From a virus: a stretch of 64,000 nt of DNA. Of the stretch, positions 19,649-29,921 are shown in pieces. Both the position numbers and the translations under genes were made by a program. The notes beneath the pieces are model-generated. The model saw nothing but the letters and a program-made list of their open reading frames with translations, was not told the origin of the DNA and did no database searches. Location of the stretch: the IMG/VR virus record IMGVR_UViG_3300013136_000003, positions 1-64,000 of that record, one strand, 5' to 3'. Numbering within the stretch: position 1 is the stretch's first letter; every line of letters starts with the position of its first letter.

Positions 19649-20463
19649 AAACTCTACCGTGGTTTAACAAGTACTTCAAACTTATCGCGATAGGAGCGAT
19701 AATTGTCCTCGGCCTTCTTTTTGGATGGTCGATCAGCCGGAATAATGATCTGACTCGCGAGAACGCGAAACTAAAACAATCAGAATCAATCCTTTCGCAG
19801 AACCTAATAGCGGCAAATGACACCATGCAGTTCTGGAAGGATAAGTACGGAAATAGTCAGTCAGAAATAAAGATTCTAACTGGAACTCAGGAAATGCTAA
19901 AAAAGCAATACTCAGATCTTTACGGCAAGTACAGATCCATCCTTGGAAAAGACGCTAAGAACCAGGAAATGATAGCTTACCTGCAAACGCAGATTGTGTT
20001 GAAGGATTCTATCATCGCTGAGCTAAAAGCTAACGGCGGATCAGGTAGTTATATCATCAACGATTCAACGATAGCGATAGACGAGGGAAAGGTTTACGAC
20101 AATAACAATTACTACAGCGTAAAGGGGACAGTTGTTACCAGGATAGAAGAAAATAAGATCAAAGCCGGAACGATAAATTTGGCAACGACTGTTGGACTTG
20201 GAGTGGACTTTGCAATAAGCCGAGATAAGAAAACTGGTATTGCTAGCGTAACTTCAAAAACTGCTTTTCCGGCAAAAGTAACAATGTCTGGGATAACCCA
20301 GATGGAAAAAGAGTTGAACAAGAAACCTGCAGCCTACCTTGGCTTGGGCTTTGTCGTTGGATACGGGGCGACATTAGAACAGCAACCTCAGCTCAAACCG
20401 TACATCGGCGTAGCCGCATACATTTCGCCAAGGTGGCTAACCATTAAAATACGAAACAGATGA
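19645..20463 (+). CDS. N-anchored coiled-coil protein, possible spanin-like lysis protein
   Basis: N-terminal TM, coiled coil, C-terminal GLGFVVGYG...PYIGV beta motif. Confidence 0.45.
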   Translation: MKTLPWFNKYFKLIAIGAIIVLGLLFGWSISRNNDLTRENAKLKQSESILSQNLIAANDTMQFWKDKYGNSQSEIKILTGTQEMLKKQYSDLYGKYRSILGKDAKNQEMIAYLQTQIVLKDSIIAELKANGGSGSYIINDSTIAIDEGKVYDNNNYYSVKGTVVTRIEENKIKAGTINLATTVGLGVDFAISRDKKTGIASVTSKTAFPAKVTMSGITQMEKELNKKPAAYLGLGFVVGYGATLEQQPQLKPYIGVAAYISPRWLTIKIRNR

Positions 20464-20464
20464 A

Positions 20465-22432
20465 ATGAATTCAAGCTTTGTAAGTCTTTCTAGCTATTGC
20501 CTCTTAGAGTTCAGAGCTACACCGCTCAACGACCTAACACCTCCGATGCTAAGCACGGAGTACTATTTTGTTGACAATAAAAACGTTGACACTTACCAGA
20601 TCTACAATAGTGATGGAGACTCTAGCTTAACTCACAATTCACGAAATCTCAGCGTAGTTTCGGTCGGAGGGTCAAAAGTGATTTACGTTGACACGACCCT
20701 CGTTCCGATTTACACCCAGTACGATCCGAACATTACAGAAACGGCATTGAGCGCATCCCTCAGCCAAAATTTGGTGATGGACACTCTACGATTTCATTTC
20801 GCTTCAGGTTTTAACTTTACTGAAGTTGAGAATTTGGTGGTCGGAGCAAGGTACAAGATGAATAATTTGAAACAGGTGCAGATAGCAACGATACTGTTGG
20901 ATGCTGCTACTGCTTTGGAAATATTCACTTACAACAATCACCCGCTATTCATAGCTAACACCATATACGATAAGTACATTGACGTTAAGGTGCCAGCTGC
21001 TCCGTGGATCGATAAGGACTTCGATGAATTCGGTAGTGCTTCGTTTGAGTACGCGATAACAGGAGGAGTTGGATTCATAAAGAATGCGCCGATCACCGTT
21101 TTTCTAGCAGAAGCAAACTGGGAAGAATACAATGCGCCTAACGACATAACTTACGACAGGTACAAGCTGATAAATTACTTCGAGGGTGCGGTCGCTCAAG
21201 TAAACGAATTCGATGCACTAGGTTGCATTATTGAGGAAGCTACTGACGGTGACTACATAAAATTTCACGCCACTTGGGGTGGAGGATTTCCGGATTCTCT
21301 TATCGCTACGTTGAACGATCGTGGACCGAATAACAACTGGATTTTTTCTCACCAACTTCAAGTTTACGAACAGATAGGTTCTGACCTTTATCCAACCGGT
21401 AACGCGATAATTTACCAAGAAGACCGGTTTGACGAGGTTCTAACCTACCGCCCCATCCTAAAAGAAGCAGGATACGCTGTTTCTATGTCAATAGATTACA
21501 CTCTTCGCTTGATAAACACCCTTACTGGTGACCAGGTCATCAAAACAGCAGCAGTAAGCGTCATAAACCCTAACAAGTACGGAAAGACTTTGGCCAAGAT
21601 CAACTTGCCGGAAGGTCCACAGTCCATGAAGGTCTACAACAAGGTAGTTCAGAAAAACTTCGAACTATCCAATTTATTTGCTCCTAAGTCAACCAGAGAA
21701 ATCGTAATTCCAGTTCCGCCAATTCCAATAATCGAAACAAAAACGGAACGAGTGACGGTTAAGGAATACGTTCCTATCAAGCAGATGGACATAATGATGG
21801 GCCAAGCTAACGCGTTGAACAGCATAAAGGACGAAGTAGATCAAGTAGTTTACGGTCAGGGTCGTTTAGTCCTGCCTATTGACCCAGTTGATAATTTCAT
21901 CAAATTTACGGCTTACCAAGCTAACCCAACAGATACGACTAACCAAAAACGAATCGACTTAAACAACAATTCGATGTTTAAGTTGAACTTCGGTCAAACT
22001 GGTAAATTCGTTTACGAGAATGTCGCTGATAACACTCTGGCTAGTCCAAGCAGAGGAGAATTTGTTTTTCGGATCCCTAAAGATCAAGCATTGCAGATAT
22101 TGGGCATGCAAGACAATCAATTCTTCATCACATTAGTTTCAAAAACGGATGGAACAGAAACTCTGTTCTACACTGGAACCTGGGTTTCTTCTGTTAATTA
22201 CGCAAGTCTCCTAGCTCAGAAAAAGGACGAGGCTTCTGCTCTTACTAAGGACAAAAAGATAGCTGAACTTCGTCAGCAAGTGACAAAAATCACAGAGGAA
22301 AAGGAAAAGATTCAGCAAAAAGTCGAAATCGAAGGACCAGCTAAGAAAACAATTCAACCCCAGATCCCAAAGAACGTGAACGTCGCGGCGGCTAAGCCAA
22401 TACCCGAATCGCAACAAACAATGAAAGACTAA
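20465..22432 (+). CDS. Large virion structural protein (unassigned)
   Basis: 655-aa beta-rich ORF in late cluster. Confidence 0.6.
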   Translation: MNSSFVSLSSYCLLEFRATPLNDLTPPMLSTEYYFVDNKNVDTYQIYNSDGDSSLTHNSRNLSVVSVGGSKVIYVDTTLVPIYTQYDPNITETALSASLSQNLVMDTLRFHFASGFNFTEVENLVVGARYKMNNLKQVQIATILLDAATALEIFTYNNHPLFIANTIYDKYIDVKVPAAPWIDKDFDEFGSASFEYAITGGVGFIKNAPITVFLAEANWEEYNAPNDITYDRYKLINYFEGAVAQVNEFDALGCIIEEATDGDYIKFHATWGGGFPDSLIATLNDRGPNNNWIFSHQLQVYEQIGSDLYPTGNAIIYQEDRFDEVLTYRPILKEAGYAVSMSIDYTLRLINTLTGDQVIKTAAVSVINPNKYGKTLAKINLPEGPQSMKVYNKVVQKNFELSNLFAPKSTREIVIPVPPIPIIETKTERVTVKEYVPIKQMDIMMGQANALNSIKDEVDQVVYGQGRLVLPIDPVDNFIKFTAYQANPTDTTNQKRIDLNNNSMFKLNFGQTGKFVYENVADNTLASPSRGEFVFRIPKDQALQILGMQDNQFFITLVSKTDGTETLFYTGTWVSSVNYASLLAQKKDEASALTKDKKIAELRQQVTKITEEKEKIQQKVEIEGPAKKTIQPQIPKNVNVAAAKPIPESQQTMKD

Positions 22433-22493
22433 GGGATAAATAAATCCAGCGCGACCAAGCAGGTTGATAAATAAAAAAAAGATAGCTAATTGC

Positions 22494-24032
22494 ATGAACG
22501 GCCTAATACACGAACTAACAACAGAACTGAGAAACGATCCAAAATTTAAGGATAGTGCAGTCGTTCGAGTTGTTTTGGAATCGATAAACAATTCAACTCT
22601 CTTAGGAGTACCGACCGACCAGATCCTGGAAACTGCTCTTACCAACTTGGAAGAGCTGGCAACGGCAACTGTGAATGAAGATCTGAAAGAAGTTGTTGCA
22701 AAGTTCAGGAAGATGGCCGAAAAGCCAACTCAACGCTTAAAAAACATGGCTAAAGAAGCTGGCATATCTATGAAGCTCACAGCTTTAAAGGAATCTGCCA
22801 TCGCTAAGGACCCTGTTTTTGCAAACACACTAGCTCACATCGAAAAAATAGTGGAAGTAGTTCCTGAATTTAGGACGCTTGGCATGGTTTATGAATCGTT
22901 GAACAAATTTTCGTACGATCCAGAAGTTGCCAAAGTTCTGGAAAGCTTGACAGAGTATGTCAATGCAAACAGGTCGAAGCTTGAAATCATGAACGCTATC
23001 TTTGAAATGAGGCAGACCAGCTCGATAATCTACGGCGAAGCTATCACGATCCTAGAAGACTGCTTGCTTGCTGAAACTCTAAGTTCCGATTCGATAAAGA
23101 TGAAGATGCACGGAAAGGTCGAAATGCCTATTGTTAACCGCTTGGTGAACACTTTGAGCATGGTAGAAGCTAAGACTGAAGGAAAATTCAACATCGGGTT
23201 GGGCAACGGCGATGCTAAAGTATTTTCAGTCATCGCGCCGTTCCATAAGATCTCAGAATCGGCTGCTGTAGTATTGCTTGATAACGGTTTCGTGAAACTA
23301 TCCGAAGACGAAGATCCTGTCGCTATGACAGTTGAAGAAGCTCAGACTTACCCAGAATTCTTTGAAGTCTGCGAAGCTTACGCAACTTTAAACTTCGCTC
23401 CACGTGAAAACGAAGTTTTCACCAGGGGCCGTCACCTCGAAATATCCTTTGCCATCAACGAATCCGGAAACCTCCAACTGAAACTCAACGGAAAAGTGGT
23501 TGATGATCTAACGAAGGTTGACCTTACTCAAACTTTCATGATGGAACAGGTCGAGGCTAGAGCAAAACTAGTGAAACTGTTCAATCACCTGGACGCTATC
23601 GTAAACTTGGAATTCGCAAAACGCCTCATAAACGAAAGGCTCGGTGCAGATTCGTACGTTTTCACTATCGGTGAAACTCAGTACGTTTTCGAACGTCTGG
23701 GAAACACTAGAGTCATAAAGAAAATGCAAGGTTTAGCTTTCCACAATTACGTGATGGAAAATTTCCACTACGACGTTAGCGAACTCTATTCGATCCAACT
23801 AACAGAAAGAGAAGACCGGGTAAAGAGAATCGACGAGGAAAAGAGCAAAATCGACAGAGACCTTGAAAAGTTGGAAAAATCGGTCGACCAACTCACAGAA
23901 GCTCTCGGAGACAATTCTCTCACGAACGAGTACAGAACTCAGCTCGCAGATCTTAAAGAGTCCATTCAGAAAAACATTGTGGCTCTAAAGAACCATTACA
24001 TCGAGCTTGACCAGAGCAAAAAAAAAGCCTAA
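22494..24032 (+). CDS. Putative head core/scaffold-type helical protein, ending on an A9 slippery run
   Basis: Late promoters at 22435 and 22466; many xxE-S/NE motifs; C-terminal coiled coil. Confidence 0.6.
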   Translation: MNGLIHELTTELRNDPKFKDSAVVRVVLESINNSTLLGVPTDQILETALTNLEELATATVNEDLKEVVAKFRKMAEKPTQRLKNMAKEAGISMKLTALKESAIAKDPVFANTLAHIEKIVEVVPEFRTLGMVYESLNKFSYDPEVAKVLESLTEYVNANRSKLEIMNAIFEMRQTSSIIYGEAITILEDCLLAETLSSDSIKMKMHGKVEMPIVNRLVNTLSMVEAKTEGKFNIGLGNGDAKVFSVIAPFHKISESAAVVLLDNGFVKLSEDEDPVAMTVEEAQTYPEFFEVCEAYATLNFAPRENEVFTRGRHLEISFAINESGNLQLKLNGKVVDDLTKVDLTQTFMMEQVEARAKLVKLFNHLDAIVNLEFAKRLINERLGADSYVFTIGETQYVFERLGNTRVIKKMQGLAFHNYVMENFHYDVSELYSIQLTEREDRVKRIDEEKSKIDRDLEKLEKSVDQLTEALGDNSLTNEYRTQLADLKESIQKNIVALKNHYIELDQSKKKA

Positions 24033-24322
24033 ATGAAGCAGAGGACATAACTCTGGTTAATCCTCGAACTTCAAAGTACGGCGCCGGTCAAAAGGTCGTC
24101 CTAAAAGACGACAAATCTGCTACCATTCTCGGAGTTGATCCAATCAACAACATTTACCAGCTAATGACTTTAGACAATAAGTCGATTAGCGTGAAGGGCA
24201 CCGAGATAAAGAAGTTGGAAAAGCCAAAGAACCAAGATTACCAACCATCTGGAATAGATCCGGAAGATCAAACTCAACTTAACATCAAGGATACGCCGTT
24301 CGACTTAGACCCAGAAAAGTAA
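24026..24322 (+). CDS. -1 frame C-terminal extension (98 codons) of the preceding gene
   Basis: Frame opens at 24011 with no start codon near its 5' end; reads SLNEAEDITLVNPRTSKYGAGQKVVLKDDKSATILGVD...*; fills the gap to the next gene. Confidence 0.65.
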   Translation, partial: SLNEAEDITLVNPRTSKYGAGQKVVLKDDKSATILGVDPINNIYQLMTLDNKSISVKGTEIKKLEKPKNQDYQPSGIDPEDQTQLNIKDTPFDLDPEK

Positions 24323-24352
24323 ACGTTGGTAAGTTAGTTCAAAAATAGGCTA

Positions 24353-24757
24353 ATGAGCCCATACCAACTCTTACAAGAAATCTACTATCACAATCCTTGG
24401 AAATCAATGGTCTGCTGCATTCTCCTTAACCGGACGAAGCGCGCGCAGGTAGATAGAGTGCGTGAAGAGCTTTTTAGAACGTACGGTGATGCTCTTGATA
24501 TGGCTGACGCTGACGCTGACCCTTTGGCCAAAATACTTCAGCCGCTTGGTTTTCAAAACAGACGAGCAAACACGCTCATCAAGTTCAGCGAGGACTGGGT
24601 TAGTAAGGATTGGACAGATCCCAAGGAACTTCACGGAATCGGTCAGTACGCGGCAGACTCGTACTATATTTTTTACAATAGCAAGCTTGACATAAATCCA
24701 AACGACGGGGTTTTAGTAAAATATCTAGAGTGGAAAAAAACCAACCTAAACGAATAA
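24353..24757 (+). CDS. MBD4-like HhH DNA glycosylase
   Basis: LLQEIYYHNPWKSMVCCILLNRT, ILQPLGF..RRA, ELHGIGQYAADSYYIF, PNDGVL closely follow the MBD4 glycosylase domain. Confidence 0.8.
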   Translation: MSPYQLLQEIYYHNPWKSMVCCILLNRTKRAQVDRVREELFRTYGDALDMADADADPLAKILQPLGFQNRRANTLIKFSEDWVSKDWTDPKELHGIGQYAADSYYIFYNSKLDINPNDGVLVKYLEWKKTNLNE

Positions 24758-24762
24758 AGAAC

Positions 24763-25818
24763 ATGAAAACATTGTACGCATACTTCGGCGAATTTGGAAT
24801 CTTCGATCAGAACATTCCAGGTCATTCCTTTTACCAGATCGGCTTGTTATCTTCAATCGCCGAAACGTACGACATCAAAAAGTTCGATGTTTACAATTAT
24901 TTGGACGGAGATACAGTTGAACCTAACCTTGGGCCAAAATACCCAGACGGAAAAATAGGAGAACTAATGCAGTCCGTAACCGACCAGCTTGTCGATTCGT
25001 ACAGAATACCATTGAACCACGTTATGAAGAACATAGCAAACGGAAAAGTGTACGATTACATCATCCTAAAAGCAAGGTTTAGAAACTTATCAACTCTTGC
25101 AAAAAAGATGGAAGATGCGAAACGGTTTGAGCTGATAATACAGTATGCGTTATCGACTGGGCATAAGCCTGAAAACATAATAGTTCTCGATACAGACCTG
25201 TCAATGAGTCCAGGCGTGTCAAAACGACTAACTGATCTTAAGATTCAGGTGCTAGTTCCGTCAATTAATTTTCCAGGAATAGGCAGAGCTTTTTTGAAAG
25301 AGTGTTTGCAGATTCACAGAGAACGTTCGGTAAAAAAAGAACAATCTATCGTTTATCACGGAAACATTGATTTTTCCAACTACAAGGAAGGCCATTCAAA
25401 GAATCCTATCGTTCATGAGATAATCGGAGCGGTGAATCACGAGTTCATGTTCGATCAGTCAGTGTTTCACATGTTCCTGTGTGCAAAAGATACCCAAGAA
25501 CTCGTGGCTACCTTGACTGATATGCCAAGAGTTACGCTGGTTCCACGAAACGATAGAGCCTCCATCTGGAAGCACCTCAGTGAATCAATAGTTTCATTGA
25601 CCGTTAGCAAGGATCTCTACTTGGAGCGCGGGTTCATTCCTGCAAGAGTTTATGAAGCGATCATTGCTGGTACAATCCCAGTTTCTTACAAAGCGGGTCA
25701 ACACCCAGCTATGACATTTGAAACCAGTTCACAGTTTTACGAAATTTGCAAGTTCTTAGCTGAGTGTTCACCGGTTGATTACTACAAGATCCTGGAAACT
25801 ATCGCGAAAAAACTTTAA
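24763..25818 (+). CDS. Putative GT-B glycosyltransferase (distantly DNA beta-glucosyltransferase-like)
   Basis: C-terminal FIPARVYEAIIAGTIPV motif and IVYHGN strand; weak otherwise. Confidence 0.45.
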   Translation: MKTLYAYFGEFGIFDQNIPGHSFYQIGLLSSIAETYDIKKFDVYNYLDGDTVEPNLGPKYPDGKIGELMQSVTDQLVDSYRIPLNHVMKNIANGKVYDYIILKARFRNLSTLAKKMEDAKRFELIIQYALSTGHKPENIIVLDTDLSMSPGVSKRLTDLKIQVLVPSINFPGIGRAFLKECLQIHRERSVKKEQSIVYHGNIDFSNYKEGHSKNPIVHEIIGAVNHEFMFDQSVFHMFLCAKDTQELVATLTDMPRVTLVPRNDRASIWKHLSESIVSLTVSKDLYLERGFIPARVYEAIIAGTIPVSYKAGQHPAMTFETSSQFYEICKFLAECSPVDYYKILETIAKKL

Positions 25819-25861
25819 ACCCAGGCTGCGCCTATAAATAATACAAATGACCCATTAGTAA

Positions 25862-28192
25862 ATGAATCACGTATTATCAGTAGGCGAATACCTCATACAC
25901 GAAGATCCAAAGTTAAAGGTTCTAAGAGAAGCTCTCTTGAGCTTACCAGTTTACGAGAACATTGCTCCGCTTTCGATGCAGCCGTTTAGCTTGGCTCCAA
26001 CCAGCGAGGATCGACTCATCTCTCACCAAATTTACCTGCTAGATCACTTTGACACTCTCGAACAGATAAACGTGAACGAAAATCTACTTCTCGTTCATAA
26101 TTACTCTCCGATTCTTTTAACCGAACTTGGAACGTACGAAAAATCTCTAACTTACTTAGAGTCTCTAAACGAAAGTTTTCTGTCCAAGTTGAAATCTGTT
26201 CTAAGCCTGATGACCGAGGGCGGTTCTGCTATCGGCATTTTCCAATTTGTGTTGGACCTTATCGGCATGATTCCCGCATCGTGGTTCGGCTTTCCGATCG
26301 ACATAGCTGCTAACAGTCTAAACGGCATAATATACTTGATTCGTGAACAGTACTTGATGGCCATCATCAACTTCATTGCGATGGTCGACATGACCAAAAT
26401 ATTTGCACCGTTAAAGTTTGGAATAAAGACCGTTGCAAAACCGGCAACTAAACTATTTTCAAAATTATTCTCAAAGGGATTAGGTAAAACAGAAGCTGCG
26501 GCATTCAAAGCATCCAGCGAAGCTGCCGCAAACCCAGGAATAGTTAAAATGCTAGGTCAAGCTCTAGGAAAAGTAGTAAAGTGGTTATCTGAAACAGGCA
26601 TAAAATTATTAAAGAGCATAGTTCCAACAATCGTTAAGGCCGTAGATAAACTAACGTTCGGAGCATTCAAATTGGATAGGTACATTCCAAAGATGACAGC
26701 TGCGTTCGACACGCAGATCGCAAAGCTTAACACTTTCGCTAAGGAAGCAGATGATGCTAGCAAGATTTTACTATCAGACGCGACTGCCAAAAAAGCAGCG
26801 TCAACGCTTGGAGATGCATCAGTCGCCGCAAAGAAAGCAGAAAAGCCTCTAAACATAGGAGCGGAAAGAGCTGTAAGAACTGGAGCAGAACAGTCGATGT
26901 ACAAAACAGCAAAAGGCGGAAAGATCGGCGGGTTCAGCTCGGACATATTAGCAAAGTCCGAAGCTAAATTCACCAAACTTTTCCCTGGCGTAACCAATCC
27001 AGCCGTGAAGAAGAATTTCATGTACAACGATGCAACTAAACAGTTGGTAGAAAACATTTTGAGCAAGCAGAGCGGATTGATTTCGATGACAAAAAACAAG
27101 AAGATCATGGCAGCTCTGTCCACTGGAAAGACCTGGAAAGGTGCTGATAGAATGCTAGCTAGCGCTATACGAAAGGGCGATCCTACTGAGCTTGGAAACG
27201 TGATGCAGAAGATGTTAGACGATCCAGAATTCTTCGCTTTGATCAAGAAAACATCGCCCGACGTTGTCAAAACCATGTCACTGTTCAGAAACGCGCCAGA
27301 AGCTCTGATAAACGGTTCGAAAAAATTCTCGGATTTTGGAAAGGTCGCTGTAAAAAGCGCGTTTAACTATCGAAAATTCACTCTTCAGCTATTACCTATC
27401 TTCTTATTAAAGGTTGCTCTTAAAGGAACTGAGTGCGGACGATACATAACTCGAGCAAAGTCAGCAGAAGAAGTAGCAGACTTGGCTAAGGGTGCAGCGA
27501 TCCAGACCATTACTCCTGACATGGCAGCTGTGGACGAAATTCTTTCCAGAGTTTACGAACAAACGGAAGAAGAACTGCTTCAACTGTCTCAGCAGGAATT
27601 GGACAACCTTCGTTCTGAAAATCCGCAGGCTTACACGGAATTCGTAAAAACGCAGACCGAAACAGACCAAAAGATAGAAGAACTCAAGCAGAAAACCGAT
27701 TCAGCCAATCCGTGCTACGAAAAAACGGCAATAGCTCAAGCTGAGGTAGGAGCAATTCTCGATACTAACAACAAAGCTTGGAAGCAAGGTCAAGTAGCAG
27801 TTGACCTAACCAGCCCAGAAGAATTCGATGCTTCGAACTTGAACAATTATTCTAAGGGTGTACTAAGCATGCTAAAGCAGGACACCAACATAGACGTTCA
27901 GCACCCGTTGGCAGATCAGAACCCAGTAGTTCAAGCTTACTTTTCCGACGTGGTCAAATCCAACGGAGAGATCTCGTACAACGAGAGCGATGAATCTAGG
28001 CTAGAAGAGATGCTTAACACGTTAGTCAAGCAAGGAAAAATGACGTTAGCCGAAAAAGAAGACAACAGAAAACGAATCATGGACTCTTGGAAAACTAACA
28101 CTGTACCGCCTGAGGTGATAAACGCGGCTGAAGAGACCCCAAATCCGAACGAATCGGTATTTAAGGTAGGAAAATTTATCACAGTACGATGA
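25862..28192 (+). CDS. Large putative internal/ejection protein with pre-toxin-TG-like hydrophobic hairpin
   Basis: TATAAATA upstream; LNESFLS then QFVLDLIGMIP...DIAANSLNGIIYL motif. Confidence 0.55.
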   Translation: MNHVLSVGEYLIHEDPKLKVLREALLSLPVYENIAPLSMQPFSLAPTSEDRLISHQIYLLDHFDTLEQINVNENLLLVHNYSPILLTELGTYEKSLTYLESLNESFLSKLKSVLSLMTEGGSAIGIFQFVLDLIGMIPASWFGFPIDIAANSLNGIIYLIREQYLMAIINFIAMVDMTKIFAPLKFGIKTVAKPATKLFSKLFSKGLGKTEAAAFKASSEAAANPGIVKMLGQALGKVVKWLSETGIKLLKSIVPTIVKAVDKLTFGAFKLDRYIPKMTAAFDTQIAKLNTFAKEADDASKILLSDATAKKAASTLGDASVAAKKAEKPLNIGAERAVRTGAEQSMYKTAKGGKIGGFSSDILAKSEAKFTKLFPGVTNPAVKKNFMYNDATKQLVENILSKQSGLISMTKNKKIMAALSTGKTWKGADRMLASAIRKGDPTELGNVMQKMLDDPEFFALIKKTSPDVVKTMSLFRNAPEALINGSKKFSDFGKVAVKSAFNYRKFTLQLLPIFLLKVALKGTECGRYITRAKSAEEVADLAKGAAIQTITPDMAAVDEILSRVYEQTEEELLQLSQQELDNLRSENPQAYTEFVKTQTETDQKIEELKQKTDSANPCYEKTAIAQAEVGAILDTNNKAWKQGQVAVDLTSPEEFDASNLNNYSKGVLSMLKQDTNIDVQHPLADQNPVVQAYFSDVVKSNGEISYNESDESRLEEMLNTLVKQGKMTLAEKEDNRKRIMDSWKTNTVPPEVINAAEETPNPNESVFKVGKFITVR

Positions 28193-28923
28193 AATTAAAA
28201 ACGTTCGACACGTTTCAACCGAGCGTTGAAACATACGCAAAGAAAGTAGGTTTGGTCGGAGAAAACGAGATGAGAGATCTCTTCGGAGATAGAACATCTG
28301 ACGTTGTGATAAAGATCTCACCTAACGCTTTTTCAACGTACCAGGTGTTTAGTAGACTACCTGGTGCAAATTTTATCCCTAAGTACGTTTCTAATCGGTT
28401 GCACGCAACTAGGTTAAAAACGCCGGTAACAGTCATCTCTCCGCTTTCAGAAATAAGAACTTACACGACCTATCGAAAACTCAGGTCAGACGAACTCTTA
28501 AAGAACTCTATCTACTTCCACACTCCCAAGGTACTGGAACAATTCCAGATCACAGCACACGAAGGAAAGATAGTAGGACTTCGCCAGATAATCGATCGTC
28601 AGCCAGTTCACATAAACTCTAATCGCTTTCCGACGACAGCTAGACTTCAGGAAATATCTGAATCTTTATACGAAGCTCTAAAAACTGATCTAATGAGGTT
28701 CAGAGTCGGAATGACTAAAAACGGACCGGTCCTTTTGGCTATGGAAGATTTCAAACTCCAAGCTCCTGAGATGGCAAAAATCTACGTGAACGTTTACGAA
28801 AATTTTGTTGGTCACATGCCTGAGTGGTTCAAACACCACATTGAGAGTAGCACGGTCATGCCTTTCCTGAGCGAGTACATAAACCGGGAAGAAATGAGCA
28901 AAAAATGTCCCTACTTGCTCTAA
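28189..28923 (+). CDS. Degenerate ATP-grasp-like protein with capsid-targeting-like leader
   Basis: MKLKTFDTF leader; C-half EQFQITAHEGKIVG...LKTDLMRFRVGMTKNGPVLLAME resembles a RimK-type fold. Confidence 0.4.
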   Translation: MKLKTFDTFQPSVETYAKKVGLVGENEMRDLFGDRTSDVVIKISPNAFSTYQVFSRLPGANFIPKYVSNRLHATRLKTPVTVISPLSEIRTYTTYRKLRSDELLKNSIYFHTPKVLEQFQITAHEGKIVGLRQIIDRQPVHINSNRFPTTARLQEISESLYEALKTDLMRFRVGMTKNGPVLLAMEDFKLQAPEMAKIYVNVYENFVGHMPEWFKHHIESSTVMPFLSEYINREEMSKKCPYLL

Positions 28924-28980
28924 TTCTAAAACTTTTTGCTTGGTTTTAAGTACAATTTCATAAATTACAAAACCAAGACA

Positions 28981-29631
28981 ATGGACGAAAAGCTTGTTAC
29001 AGATCAGCTGCCTACTGAAAACAGCGAGGCAATCGAAACTCAACTTCCTGTAGTTGATTCAAACGAAGAAACCATTTCACCAGAAGTTACCGAAGAAACG
29101 GCGACTGACGAAGTTACCTGTGATCTGGAAATATCTGACCCAACCGCAGAAGGTCAGCCCGACCAGGAGGAACAACCGGAACCTCAAGAAGAACTCACAG
29201 AACTCGAAAAACTAACGCAGAGGAGAACTGGCTTTTGGCAAGTAAATCTCCAGGAGCCGGACGTTAAGTGGATCAAAAATTCATGCAACGGAAAGTTCGA
29301 ATTTACCGGTCCAAACGAAGCTTTCATGCTCATGAACTGCTTCCTTGGTTTTTCCAGCGCTCACACTAGAATGGCTCCAGCAAACGGTGAAGAAAGCCAG
29401 CCTTGCGTGGTCCAAGCGTCCGCTATCGAAGCATGCGGTTATTTCATGAACCGCGTTTCTGGAAATAACATGGAAGCAGCACAACGCGCTTTCAGAATCG
29501 CAATGGCGCTCAACCCAATCATCATGGAAATGAGAAACCTTGACACAAAGATCCAGGAGCTTCACGCTATCGAAGAAGAACAGAAGAAAGCAGAACCTGC
29601 ACCGACCGAACTTCAGGAACCAGCAGAGTAA
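28981..29631 (+). CDS. Hypothetical protein with acidic N-terminus
   Basis: ATG at 28981 downstream of an AAAC-N17-GTACAAT promoter. Confidence 0.65.
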   Translation: MDEKLVTDQLPTENSEAIETQLPVVDSNEETISPEVTEETATDEVTCDLEISDPTAEGQPDQEEQPEPQEELTELEKLTQRRTGFWQVNLQEPDVKWIKNSCNGKFEFTGPNEAFMLMNCFLGFSSAHTRMAPANGEESQPCVVQASAIEACGYFMNRVSGNNMEAAQRAFRIAMALNPIIMEMRNLDTKIQELHAIEEEQKKAEPAPTELQEPAE

Positions 29632-29641
29632 GGAGGGTATC

Positions 29642-29866
29642 ATGGGATTGAACAAGCGGTACTACTGCATGAAACACGTGTCCGACCACGCAAAACAGTC
29701 GGACTTTCAATCCTTTAACCTCTACATGACTTTCAGCGATGTTCACCTTTACCTGGACGAAGATTGCAAAAAAGTTCACGAAGAATACTCAAAGGCTGAC
29801 ATGGTTGAAAGGGAACGAATCTACGAACGAATTAAAAAATTCCAGCAGGTTGACCAGACCAGCTGA
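29642..29866 (+). CDS. Small hypothetical protein
   Basis: ATG at 29642 preceded by AAGGAGG. Confidence 0.6.
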   Translation: MGLNKRYYCMKHVSDHAKQSDFQSFNLYMTFSDVHLYLDEDCKKVHEEYSKADMVERERIYERIKKFQQVDQTS

Positions 29867-29891
29867 AATAATCACGAATGACGTATTCCAT

Positions 29892-29921
29892 AAAAAAGAG
29901 AGCCGATAAGCTCTCTTTTTT
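29892..29921. terminator. Bidirectional terminator
   Basis: A6-GAGAGC-loop-GCTCTC-T6 between convergent genes. Confidence 0.85.
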
